From a virus: a stretch of DNA of 64,000 bases. The notes under the pieces are model-generated. The model was not told where the DNA came from. It was given only the letters and a program-made list of their open reading frames with translations, and made no database searches. Positions 56,522 to 64,000 of the stretch are shown here, one piece after another. The first letter of the stretch is position 1. Each line of letters starts with the position of its first letter. The stretch lies in IMG/VR virus record IMGVR_UViG_3300028800_000059, positions 64,001 through 128,000 of that record. The stretch is one strand, 5' to 3'. A program made the translations under genes and the position numbers.

Positions 56522-57144
56522 GTCGTCTTTATTGTAAGAGTTGATTTCTTATCGGCGGCTTCTAGTTTTTTCATAGCCTTCACTTTTCGCATGATTTTCT
56601 TCATGGTCTTGCGACGTTTTTCTTGTTTGATTTTCAGACTCAATGCCGGCACTCTTTCGGTAAACAAAATGCCATTGCAATGATCAACCTCATGTTGAAT
56701 CAAACGAGCCGTCAGGCCCGAGAAACGTCCTTTCAGCCATACGCCTTTTTCATTCTGCCAAATAGCATCTATCTCTTTGGCGCGTTGCACGTTTAAAAAC
56801 AACATAGGATAACTCAAACATCCCTCACTGTCAAGGAGTTTTTCTTCGCTGGAAACAACAATTTCTGGATTGAAAAATGCCTGGTGCTGTTCATCGGTGC
56901 CGACAACAAAAACTTTGACAGGAACTCCTACCTGGATTGCCGAAAGACCCAATCCCTTATAGTGTCGCATAGTCTGATAGAGCCGATGCACCAATTCTCC
57001 TGGATGCATCTGAGGATTATTGAAATTGAAGTCCTCTGGTACAGTTCTCAAAATTGGATTGTTTTCATCGACTAAATTGAAAAGCGTCAGCGTCTTGGTT
57101 TGATCCTGTGATCCGGTATCTATGCGGAGAAATTCTTCACTCAT
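56518..57144 (-). CDS. def: Peptide deformylase
   Basis: GLGLSAIQVG, EGCLS, QHEVDH. Confidence 0.93.
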   Translation of the reverse strand: MSEEFLRIDTGSQDQTKTLTLFNLVDENNPILRTVPEDFNFNNPQMHPGELVHRLYQTMRHYKGLGLSAIQVGVPVKVFVVGTDEQHQAFFNPEIVVSSEEKLLDSEGCLSYPMLFLNVQRAKEIDAIWQNEKGVWLKGRFSGLTARLIQHEVDHCNGILFTERVPALSLKIKQEKRRKTMKKIMRKVKAMKKLEAADKKSTLTIKTT

Positions 57145-57300
57145 TTTTTTAAGTTCCTTTAACCCATTCAGAATATGTCGTGGCATTACCTGCTAAAATT
57201 TCCTTATCAAATTCTTCTTGTAAAATTTCGTAGAGCGTTTTTTCCAAATCTAACACTGATTCTGAAATCTCACCCAACCAAAAATAATATGGCCACATTT

Positions 57301-59025
57301 TTACACCTTTGTCATTTGAGAAAATTCATTTTTCGTTTCGAATTTAATAGCCGATCTAAATTTATCAAACAGAATATCCGTATGATGACTGATGATGAAA
57401 ATATTCACTTCTTCACCAAATTTTTGAATGATTTTCAAAAGCGCATCCGTGCCTTCCGGGTCCAGAGATGAATCAAAAACTTCATCCATAATCAATAGAT
57501 TCGTTGACACTGAATTTTTCAATTTGGCAATTGCTCGCCATGTGAACAAAAGAGCCAGATCAATGCGTTGTTTCTGTCCTTCTGAAAAACTTTCGTAAGT
57601 AAAATCGTCGCGGTGGCGACTCTTGATTTTTTCATTGAAATTTTCATCCAGCGTGAAATTAGCATAGAAATCCATGTCATCCAGATATTTGTTGACCAAC
57701 TTATTGATCACTGGAATATATTGCTTGATGATTTTTGTCTTCGGCCCATCATCCGACAAAAGATCAACCATGGCCTCATGATAGGAACGCTCATATATCA
57801 TTTCAGTTCTATCAGCATCCAAGGCAGTTAAATCCTTGATGGCATCATCTAATTGAGTTTGATAATCCTGGCCAGTGACAGGAGAGGCCCCTTTTAGGAC
57901 ACTGTTTTCATCTTGGAGTTTTTTGATATATTTTTCAATGGAATTGATTTGTTCATCAATCTTAGCCACTGATTTTTCATATTGAAGAATTTCACTCAAA
58001 ACCTTGGCAATTTCAGATCGGCGTTGTGTAAATTTGCCTAGATCGCTTTTAAGTTTGTCTCGACCTACTTCATATTTGTTCAACTTAATTTTTAAATCTT
58101 GGGTTGATTCCATTTTCTTGATGGGTGGAATTTCCTGTAAACAAGTCGGGCAGTTATCATTGTCTCGATAAAATTTCAATTGTTCTTTGTAAGTTTCAAT
58201 GTTGTGGTCAAATTTTCCACGATACCCTAACATGGCCTCAATTTTGTCGCTGTTTTCTTTTTGATCCAATATCGAATCTTTTAGAATTTTTATGTTATCA
58301 AGTTTGATTTGGCGATTATCAGCCAGGGCAGCGGCTTCGATATCGTGCTTATCAATTTCTTCCTGGTTCTTATCGATCTTGGATTGATTGGAGATTTTCA
58401 TATCCGCCAAATGCTGTTTCAGTAGACGAATTTTTTCATCCAAGAAACTCTTGGCCTTGCTATTATTTTCCAGAAGTTCTTTCAGAGCAATCAACTTCTG
58501 TTTGACCAACAAATTCATTGGCGCAAAAATTTGAATGTCCAAAATATCTTCAATGATGCCACGGCGTGCGCCAGTCGTCAATCTCATAAATGCCGAGGCG
58601 CCTTTGGCCGAACCAAGAATGACAATTTGATCGAAAGTCTTCTTCGACATTTTCAAGATAGACTTTTCCAGGTAATCTTGATAATCGCCTATCTTTGCAT
58701 CTTGTTTGACAAGCACCCCGTTTTTCCAAATCTCAAAAACAGCAGGCTTCAATCCTCGAATGATTTTGTATTTGTTAGTGCCAATGGAAAATTCCAACTC
58801 AACCACTAGTTCTTTTTGGTTGATCGAATTGATTAGCTGTGGCAGATTGATATTACGGAAAGGCTTCTTCCATAGAGCAAAATCAATGGCGTCTAAAATT
58901 TGTGATTTGCCATGCCCATTCTTTCCAACAATCAGAGTCGTGGAACTCTTATCCAAAACAATTTCAGTAAATGAATTGCCTGTGTTTAGGAGATTTTTCC
59001 ACCGTACCACATGAAATTTTATCAT
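57301..59025 (-). CDS. 46: Recombination endonuclease subunit gp46 (Rad50/SbcC-like)
   Basis: GKNGHGKS, CPTC hook, FSEGQKQRIDL, MDEVFDSSLD. Confidence 0.97.
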   Translation of the reverse strand: MIKFHVVRWKNLLNTGNSFTEIVLDKSSTTLIVGKNGHGKSQILDAIDFALWKKPFRNINLPQLINSINQKELVVELEFSIGTNKYKIIRGLKPAVFEIWKNGVLVKQDAKIGDYQDYLEKSILKMSKKTFDQIVILGSAKGASAFMRLTTGARRGIIEDILDIQIFAPMNLLVKQKLIALKELLENNSKAKSFLDEKIRLLKQHLADMKISNQSKIDKNQEEIDKHDIEAAALADNRQIKLDNIKILKDSILDQKENSDKIEAMLGYRGKFDHNIETYKEQLKFYRDNDNCPTCLQEIPPIKKMESTQDLKIKLNKYEVGRDKLKSDLGKFTQRRSEIAKVLSEILQYEKSVAKIDEQINSIEKYIKKLQDENSVLKGASPVTGQDYQTQLDDAIKDLTALDADRTEMIYERSYHEAMVDLLSDDGPKTKIIKQYIPVINKLVNKYLDDMDFYANFTLDENFNEKIKSRHRDDFTYESFSEGQKQRIDLALLFTWRAIAKLKNSVSTNLLIMDEVFDSSLDPEGTDALLKIIQKFGEEVNIFIISHHTDILFDKFRSAIKFETKNEFSQMTKV

Positions 59026-60116
59026 TATGCCGACTCCAATGCCAAGGCATCCGAATGAATTTTACGCATCAGAGATTTTAGTTTCTGTGGGTCTAATTCC
59101 GTCGGACAAGTTGCGTCAATGGTTTCTTCCAATATTGTAACAATGTCTGATGATTTTTCGATCCCTTCTGTGGTGACTGAACCAGATGAATTTGAAGAAG
59201 GAGAATTATCAATATATTTTTCAACGATTGAAACATCGGCAACTCCAGCCTTGTATAGTGAATCTAAAAACACATCAAACCAATCGGGATGTTCCTTTTC
59301 GACAACCACAATTTTTACGTAACAATTTTTAGTATAAGAAAAATCCAACTTATTCAAATTTTCCAATGTCTCTTTTCTGTCGTCATATACAATTTTGTGG
59401 AACATTCGATAGGGATTTTTGATGAACTGTAAATCCAATGTGTCGGTATCCAATACATGAAAGCCACGTGGATCATTCCAATCAGCCCAAGTAATCTCAT
59501 AGGGATTTCCTAGATATGTGACAAGGCCATCCGTGGATCGATGATGAAAATGTCCACTTAGTACCATATCGAATTTATCAAACCATTTTCTTGGAGTAAT
59601 TCCAGTGTGACAAAAATTTCCTTTGTCCATTTCGAAACCAGCTATTTCCAAATGTCCCATTACCAATCGCGCATCAGTTTCACGCAATAGCTTTTCAGTT
59701 TCTCCAATGTTTGTAGGATTAACCCAAGGCAGCAAGATTGTTTTACGCCCATCCAGGTCTATCTCAACCGGGTCTGGATAAATTTTAACATTGGAATATT
59801 CAACGAAAATATCCTCAATGGCATTAGGCGTATTGAATGTTTTCAAAGGACAGTCATGATTGCCTGGAATGTAGATACAATCCACTTCCATTTGTTTAAG
59901 TGGATTGCCAAATCTCTTGTGAATGGTATCCAAAATCTGGAGATTTATGAATTTGCGATGCTCGACAAAATCACCAAGGCAAGCCATTTGCTTTATGTTG
60001 TGATCCTTTAAGTAGGGAAAAAACACATTCTCATAAAACTTGAAAAAGAATTCATTGAAAATTGGCGAAGCCTGGCGCGCTCCAAAATGAAGATCGGTTA
60101 TAATTGGAAGAAGCAT
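59025..60116 (-). CDS. 47: Recombination endonuclease subunit gp47 (Mre11/SbcD-like)
   Basis: TDLHFG, LGD, GNHD, GHLE, SGHFH. Confidence 0.97.
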   Translation of the reverse strand: MLLPIITDLHFGARQASPIFNEFFFKFYENVFFPYLKDHNIKQMACLGDFVEHRKFINLQILDTIHKRFGNPLKQMEVDCIYIPGNHDCPLKTFNTPNAIEDIFVEYSNVKIYPDPVEIDLDGRKTILLPWVNPTNIGETEKLLRETDARLVMGHLEIAGFEMDKGNFCHTGITPRKWFDKFDMVLSGHFHHRSTDGLVTYLGNPYEITWADWNDPRGFHVLDTDTLDLQFIKNPYRMFHKIVYDDRKETLENLNKLDFSYTKNCYVKIVVVEKEHPDWFDVFLDSLYKAGVADVSIVEKYIDNSPSSNSSGSVTTEGIEKSSDIVTILEETIDATCPTELDPQKLKSLMRKIHSDALALESA

Positions 60117-60499
60117 TATTTCGCATCCATGAGATATTTAATACCAGATTTCAATAGCATTACACTATCCTTAAACATACCCAATGCCACATTACAATTA
60201 TTGCAAAGAAATCCTCGAACCTTATTTGTGACGTGATCGTGATCGATGACCAAATCACTATCGGTTTTGCATATGGCACATAGATTATTTTGCCCCGTCA
60301 ATATTTCTGCATAGGTATCAGGCGTCAATCCGTATCTGTATTTGATTTTATTCGTCCAATTTCTTTCCTTGATACAAGAAAAACATTTTCTAGTTTTTAT
60401 GTCTCGTTTTGTTAATCCACAATGACCACATGGGAGTCCATGGTAATATTTGGCGCCGCGGTTCTGCGCTTTTTGTAAATTACTTAATCTCTTTCGCAT
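60116..60499 (-). CDS. Endonuclease VII-like HNH homing endonuclease
   Basis: YGLT..Y..Q...CAIC..IDHDH...VRGFLC..CN..LG.F.D. Confidence 0.85.
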   Translation of the reverse strand: MRKRLSNLQKAQNRGAKYYHGLPCGHCGLTKRDIKTRKCFSCIKERNWTNKIKYRYGLTPDTYAEILTGQNNLCAICKTDSDLVIDHDHVTNKVRGFLCNNCNVALGMFKDSVMLLKSGIKYLMDAK

Positions 60500-60568
60500 T
60501 TAACGAGAAGTGCCCTATTACACTCAATACACGATATTCCACAAAAAATCATGTGAAATTTCAATGTC

Positions 60569-60814
60569 CTATCGACGGCTTTTTCGTTTTTCTTCTTTTC
60601 GTTGCGCTATTCTATATCCTGATGTAGAAGGTCCCTTATGATCCACTTTATCGTTGAACTCTCTTAGGTACTGATTTTGCGCCTTACCGATTTCATTCAT
60701 GATATCAGTCAATTGGGAATCGTAATTGTCACGCTGTTCAAACGGAATAGATTTGTCACGCAACTTTTCGATTAGATACATAATCTGGGTAGGCAGAAGA
60801 ATATGCTTAGTCAT
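60569..60814 (-). CDS. Hypothetical protein
   Basis: AGGAG RBS; downstream of gp55. Confidence 0.6.
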   Translation of the reverse strand: MTKHILLPTQIMYLIEKLRDKSIPFEQRDNYDSQLTDIMNEIGKAQNQYLREFNDKVDHKGPSTSGYRIAQRKEEKRKSRR

Positions 60815-60859
60815 TGTTTTTACTCCTTGTCTTATTATAGCGGACGCAACTAAAAATGT

Positions 60860-61474
60860 CTATCGCTTTTTCTTGTCCTTCTTTTTGGCTGCCTTTAACT
60901 TAATCACCGCAGCCTCTAATTTTTTGGCCTTGCGTGCCTCTTCGTTTTTCTCATATACCGAAATGAATTCGGATATGTTGTCGTACACTTGTTTTGGTTT
61001 CATTCCATAATCTGCTATGGTAGAATCATTTTCTAATCCAGATATATCATCCATGACGCCAGAATTGATTGCTGACTTATATTTCACATACATCTGTTTC
61101 TTTTCGCGCATGACACGCCGAATTGCGGCATAGTAAATGATCTGGGTGAAATAGGCAAAAGCATCGCCCTTCTTTGGATTGTAGTTGTGCCAATACATCA
61201 GACAATTTTCGACTCCATCATGCACCATGTCCTGTTTATATTCAGGTGTATAGTCATAAAAATTAGGAGCCTTCATTAGGCCCCATCCAATCTTGGTCCA
61301 TACTTGACAAAGATAATTTGGTATTGGAGGAACAGGCAACTTTTCTCGTTTAGCCTTTCGACATGCCTTCTGATAATCGATCAGAGTTTTTTCTAATACT
61401 GCCTTGTCTACATAATCTTCCTTTTTGCTTTTTCTCGGTGTCTTTGGTTTTTTTGGTGTAAAATTAACTTCCAT
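60860..61474 (-). CDS. 55: Late transcription sigma factor gp55
   Basis: YVD..IPNY..PNF.DY..DMV.DGVENC..NY.P..AFAYFTQI.YYA..RR...EKKQ. Confidence 0.95.
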   Translation of the reverse strand: MEVNFTPKKPKTPRKSKKEDYVDKAVLEKTLIDYQKACRKAKREKLPVPPIPNYLCQVWTKIGWGLMKAPNFYDYTPEYKQDMVHDGVENCLMYWHNYNPKKGDAFAYFTQIIYYAAIRRVMREKKQMYVKYKSAINSGVMDDISGLENDSTIADYGMKPKQVYDNISEFISVYEKNEEARKAKKLEAAVIKLKAAKKKDKKKR

Positions 61475-61483
61475 CTTTTTTGA

Positions 61484-61511
61484 TTGACAACTCCGGGTTT
61501 TAGGATATAAT
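61484..61511 (+). promoter_or_regulatory. Sigma70-like promoter oriented antisense to local genes
   Basis: TTGACA-N16-TATAAT. Confidence 0.5.
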
Positions 61512-61555
61512 AAAGGACCCCTTTAGACCTCCGTTATATTCCCCTGTAGGGTTTC

Positions 61556-62248
61556 TTAGTTCTTAGGCTTATCTTTGAGAGATTCGAAATGAGCATTGAA
61601 GTCTTCAAGAGAAACAACATTATTAGAAGCCTTGATTTCAACAATCTTTCCTTTCTCAGCATGAAGGGCCTTTTCTCTCACAAAATCCTCTTTCAGCTTA
61701 TTAAATTCCTCTGATGTTGAATAATAGGCATTAGTCAATTCCTTAGAAGCCTTCTGCCATCCAAGAATGTGTGTTCCGTTGACTGGAAAATATTCACCAT
61801 CATCAACTAAAACATCAAATCTCCACCTAGTCAGAACAGGAACAATCCTGTCATCCGAAGTCATTACATAATTGATCTTCATTGGATTCTTGAACCAATA
61901 AAATTCTCCACTCTGTGGACAGTCTGTAGGATCAATTTCTGAGGTCTGGTTTGCGAAAATAGACTTTTCTACCTTGCTCACATTACAAATGACATCATCA
62001 TGTGTAATCAATCTAGTGAAAAAAAGAGTTTCGTGAACTGGTTCTTGTGGAACTTGTTGTTCTGGTAGCGAAGCAATAACTTCGGTTACCTTCTTATTCA
62101 ATTCCTCTCGGGTCATGAAAGGAATCACATTATCATCAACTAAATCGTCTGTTACTGGCAGATTATCATCAAACATTGTTTCCTCCTTGGGCAAATTGTC
62201 TACAAATAGTCGAGCCATAATAAAAACACACTCCATCAGGACAGTCAC
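61556..62248 (-). CDS. Hypothetical protein between uvsW and 55
   Basis: TRLIT.DDVIC..NPMKI pattern; start uncertain. Confidence 0.6.
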   Translation of the reverse strand: MTVLMECVFIMARLFVDNLPKEETMFDDNLPVTDDLVDDNVIPFMTREELNKKVTEVIASLPEQQVPQEPVHETLFFTRLITHDDVICNVSKVEKSIFANQTSEIDPTDCPQSGEFYWFKNPMKINYVMTSDDRIVPVLTRWRFDVLVDDGEYFPVNGTHILGWQKASKELTNAYYSTSEEFNKLKEDFVREKALHAEKGKIVEIKASNNVVSLEDFNAHFESLKDKPKN

Positions 62249-62254
62249 ATGGCA

Positions 62255-63823
62255 TCATAAATGGCTCCCCTTTAAATCGACGTTGTAAATTTTGTAAGGA
62301 AACTGTTCGCCATCATATATATCCACCCGTTCCAAGAAATGAGAGAGTGTATGATTAGGCGTACCAGGATTTCCTTGTTTATCATTAATTCTTAGATCAT
62401 CGGTAATATCGTAAATTTTAAGTGTCTTGTCGTCTCCGAAAAGTCTAAGGCCACGGCCGATGGCCTGTCTCATTCTAATTCGACTTTTAAAGGCTGTGGC
62501 GAAAATGATATTGTGTAGATTCTTGATGTTGATGCCCGTCGCAAATGTTCCATAGGATGCCAGGACTACACCATTTTCATCCTTTTCAATTTCGCCACGA
62601 TATTTATTTCTTAGATCGGTATCAATGTCTCCATCCACATAATACAATGTACGCCAAGGTTCAAGTTTTTCTTTGAACATTTCTTCCAAAATACGTCCCT
62701 GTTTCTCCTTCAGATGAAAAAGAATCAAGGTGTTTTCTTTCATTGACAACCCAAGGTTGACAATGAAATTATTTCGAGCCTGACTGCCTACAAGAAATTT
62801 GATTTCTTGATCATATTGAACTGATTTATGTCCATTCAATCTGGCAATGTCTTTTAGTCCTTTGGCTACTGTCTGTGGATGAACTAGAACAATGCCTTTG
62901 ATTTTTAGATTGGACAATACTTTTTGATCAATCAGGTCTTTCGTAAATACTTCTTGTATTGCCAGACCATGTAGACCTTCAATAATCCATTTATTAACCT
63001 TGTAGTCATCCAGAGTTCCTGTCATTCCTATACGATATTTTGCATTGATCATATTCGATAAAATGTATATAATGCTTTTTGCTTTGGCACCGTGGGCTTC
63101 GTCCGTAATCACATAATCAAATTGTTCCAACCATTCTTTAGATTGTGCGACGGCTGTTTGCCAGGTAGAAATTACTATATGTGCTTTGGTATTTGGGTCG
63201 CGGCCTTCATATAATCTAAAGGTGTCAGCAGTATAAAGATATGCCTTACCAGAATAATCATTGAAATCTTCATATAGTTGTTCTACTAACGTGGTAGTAG
63301 GTACAATAATCAATCCTTTTTTGCCTTCTTGTTTGTGCCATAACCATGAGACAATCAGATAGGCAATCAAACTCTTTCCACCACCAGTAGGAAATATAAT
63401 AGTGCGGCGTTTATCACGAATTGCCTTGGCGAACTCTTTTATTTGATCGTCTCGAACAGTTATTTTTTCGCCTTTGGCTCCACGAATATCTAAAGACTCC
63501 ACGAATGTCTTGGCCTCGGCCAATGAAAATTCAGTAGTGAGGTTCGCAGGATTTCTTTTATCATAGGTCACATTGTATCCGCGATCTTTCGCGAACTCTT
63601 CAATATGAGGAACAAGTCCCGCATACAACAAAGAAGTCTTGGCATGTAGAAGTCTGATTTTTCCGTCCCATTGCTTGGCTCTGACGCGAGGATCGAAATG
63701 CATTTTAGGAACATCGAATGTGAAATGGTCTCTAAGTTCCATGAGAACTCCCATTTCAGCGGCCACATGTATCCAGGCTTCGTTTATTTTTGTGACGTGG
63801 ATATTGTTATAATCCGTGCCCAT
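62255..63823 (-). CDS. uvsW: SF2 DNA helicase UvsW
   Basis: PTGGGKSL, IVPTT.LV.Q, DEAH, MTGTL, YGTFATGINI, IGRGLR. Confidence 0.96.
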   Translation of the reverse strand: MGTDYNNIHVTKINEAWIHVAAEMGVLMELRDHFTFDVPKMHFDPRVRAKQWDGKIRLLHAKTSLLYAGLVPHIEEFAKDRGYNVTYDKRNPANLTTEFSLAEAKTFVESLDIRGAKGEKITVRDDQIKEFAKAIRDKRRTIIFPTGGGKSLIAYLIVSWLWHKQEGKKGLIIVPTTTLVEQLYEDFNDYSGKAYLYTADTFRLYEGRDPNTKAHIVISTWQTAVAQSKEWLEQFDYVITDEAHGAKAKSIIYILSNMINAKYRIGMTGTLDDYKVNKWIIEGLHGLAIQEVFTKDLIDQKVLSNLKIKGIVLVHPQTVAKGLKDIARLNGHKSVQYDQEIKFLVGSQARNNFIVNLGLSMKENTLILFHLKEKQGRILEEMFKEKLEPWRTLYYVDGDIDTDLRNKYRGEIEKDENGVVLASYGTFATGINIKNLHNIIFATAFKSRIRMRQAIGRGLRLFGDDKTLKIYDITDDLRINDKQGNPGTPNHTLSHFLERVDIYDGEQFPYKIYNVDLKGSHL

Positions 63824-64000
63824 TGGTAAATTTCTGCCAATCAATAATGCTTCTTATTCCCCAATGCCTTTGGGAAATTTCCTTTATAATTCGGTCAAGA
63901 CTATTCACTGCCAGATCATGATAATCGCGCCTTATTTCTATTTTGGCGATTTCTTCATCACCATCGATAAAATCTTCGGCTTTCGGATCGGATAATTTCA
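63807..64000 (-). CDS. uvsY: Recombination mediator UvsY, C-terminal part (truncated by window edge)
   Basis: ..FIDGDEEI..I..R.WGIRSIIDWQKFTNG; position directly upstream of uvsW. Confidence 0.85.
   Translation of the reverse strand, partial: KLSDPKAEDFIDGDEEIAKIEIRRDYHDLAVNSLDRIIKEISQRHWGIRSIIDWQKFTNGHGL

Noticed and set aside
1-64000. tRNA, rRNA, CRISPR arrays
   Set aside because: No cloverleaf (GTTCGA/TGG arms with proper stems) or regularly spaced repeats noticed by eye; a tRNAscan/Infernal run would be definitive.

Overview
This is a 64-kb segment of a large T4-like (Tevenvirinae-type) myophage genome; nearly all genes are on the minus strand. The T4 core genes are present: uvsY (partial), uvsW, gp55, gp47, gp46, gp1 dNMP kinase, gp45, gp44, gp62, regA, gp43, uvsX, gp40 and gp41. 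Accessory blocks between them: (1) 1-11 kb, late-expressed putative internal head proteins with capsid-targeting-like N-termini, a zeta-type kinase/ADP-ribosyltransferase fusion and an antisense GIY-YIG cassette bounded by 7-bp direct repeats; (2) 11-15.5 kb, small accessory genes (deaminase, PAP2-like, receiver-like, Rmf-like, DNA MTase); (3) 22-34 kb, a glycan-synthesis island inside the replisome module; (4) 41.6-46.5 kb, a prkA-yeaH-spoVR operon behind a late-promoter motif; (5) 47-52 kb, a divergent, GC-richer CobS/CobT-like AAA+/vWA pair; (6) 52.4-56.5 kb, an amino-MTase / PLP enzyme / 2OG-Fe(II) oxygenase cluster that may be an undescribed base-modification pathway. No tRNA, rRNA, CRISPR array or intein was recognised. 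All family calls come from motif recognition by eye, not database searches.
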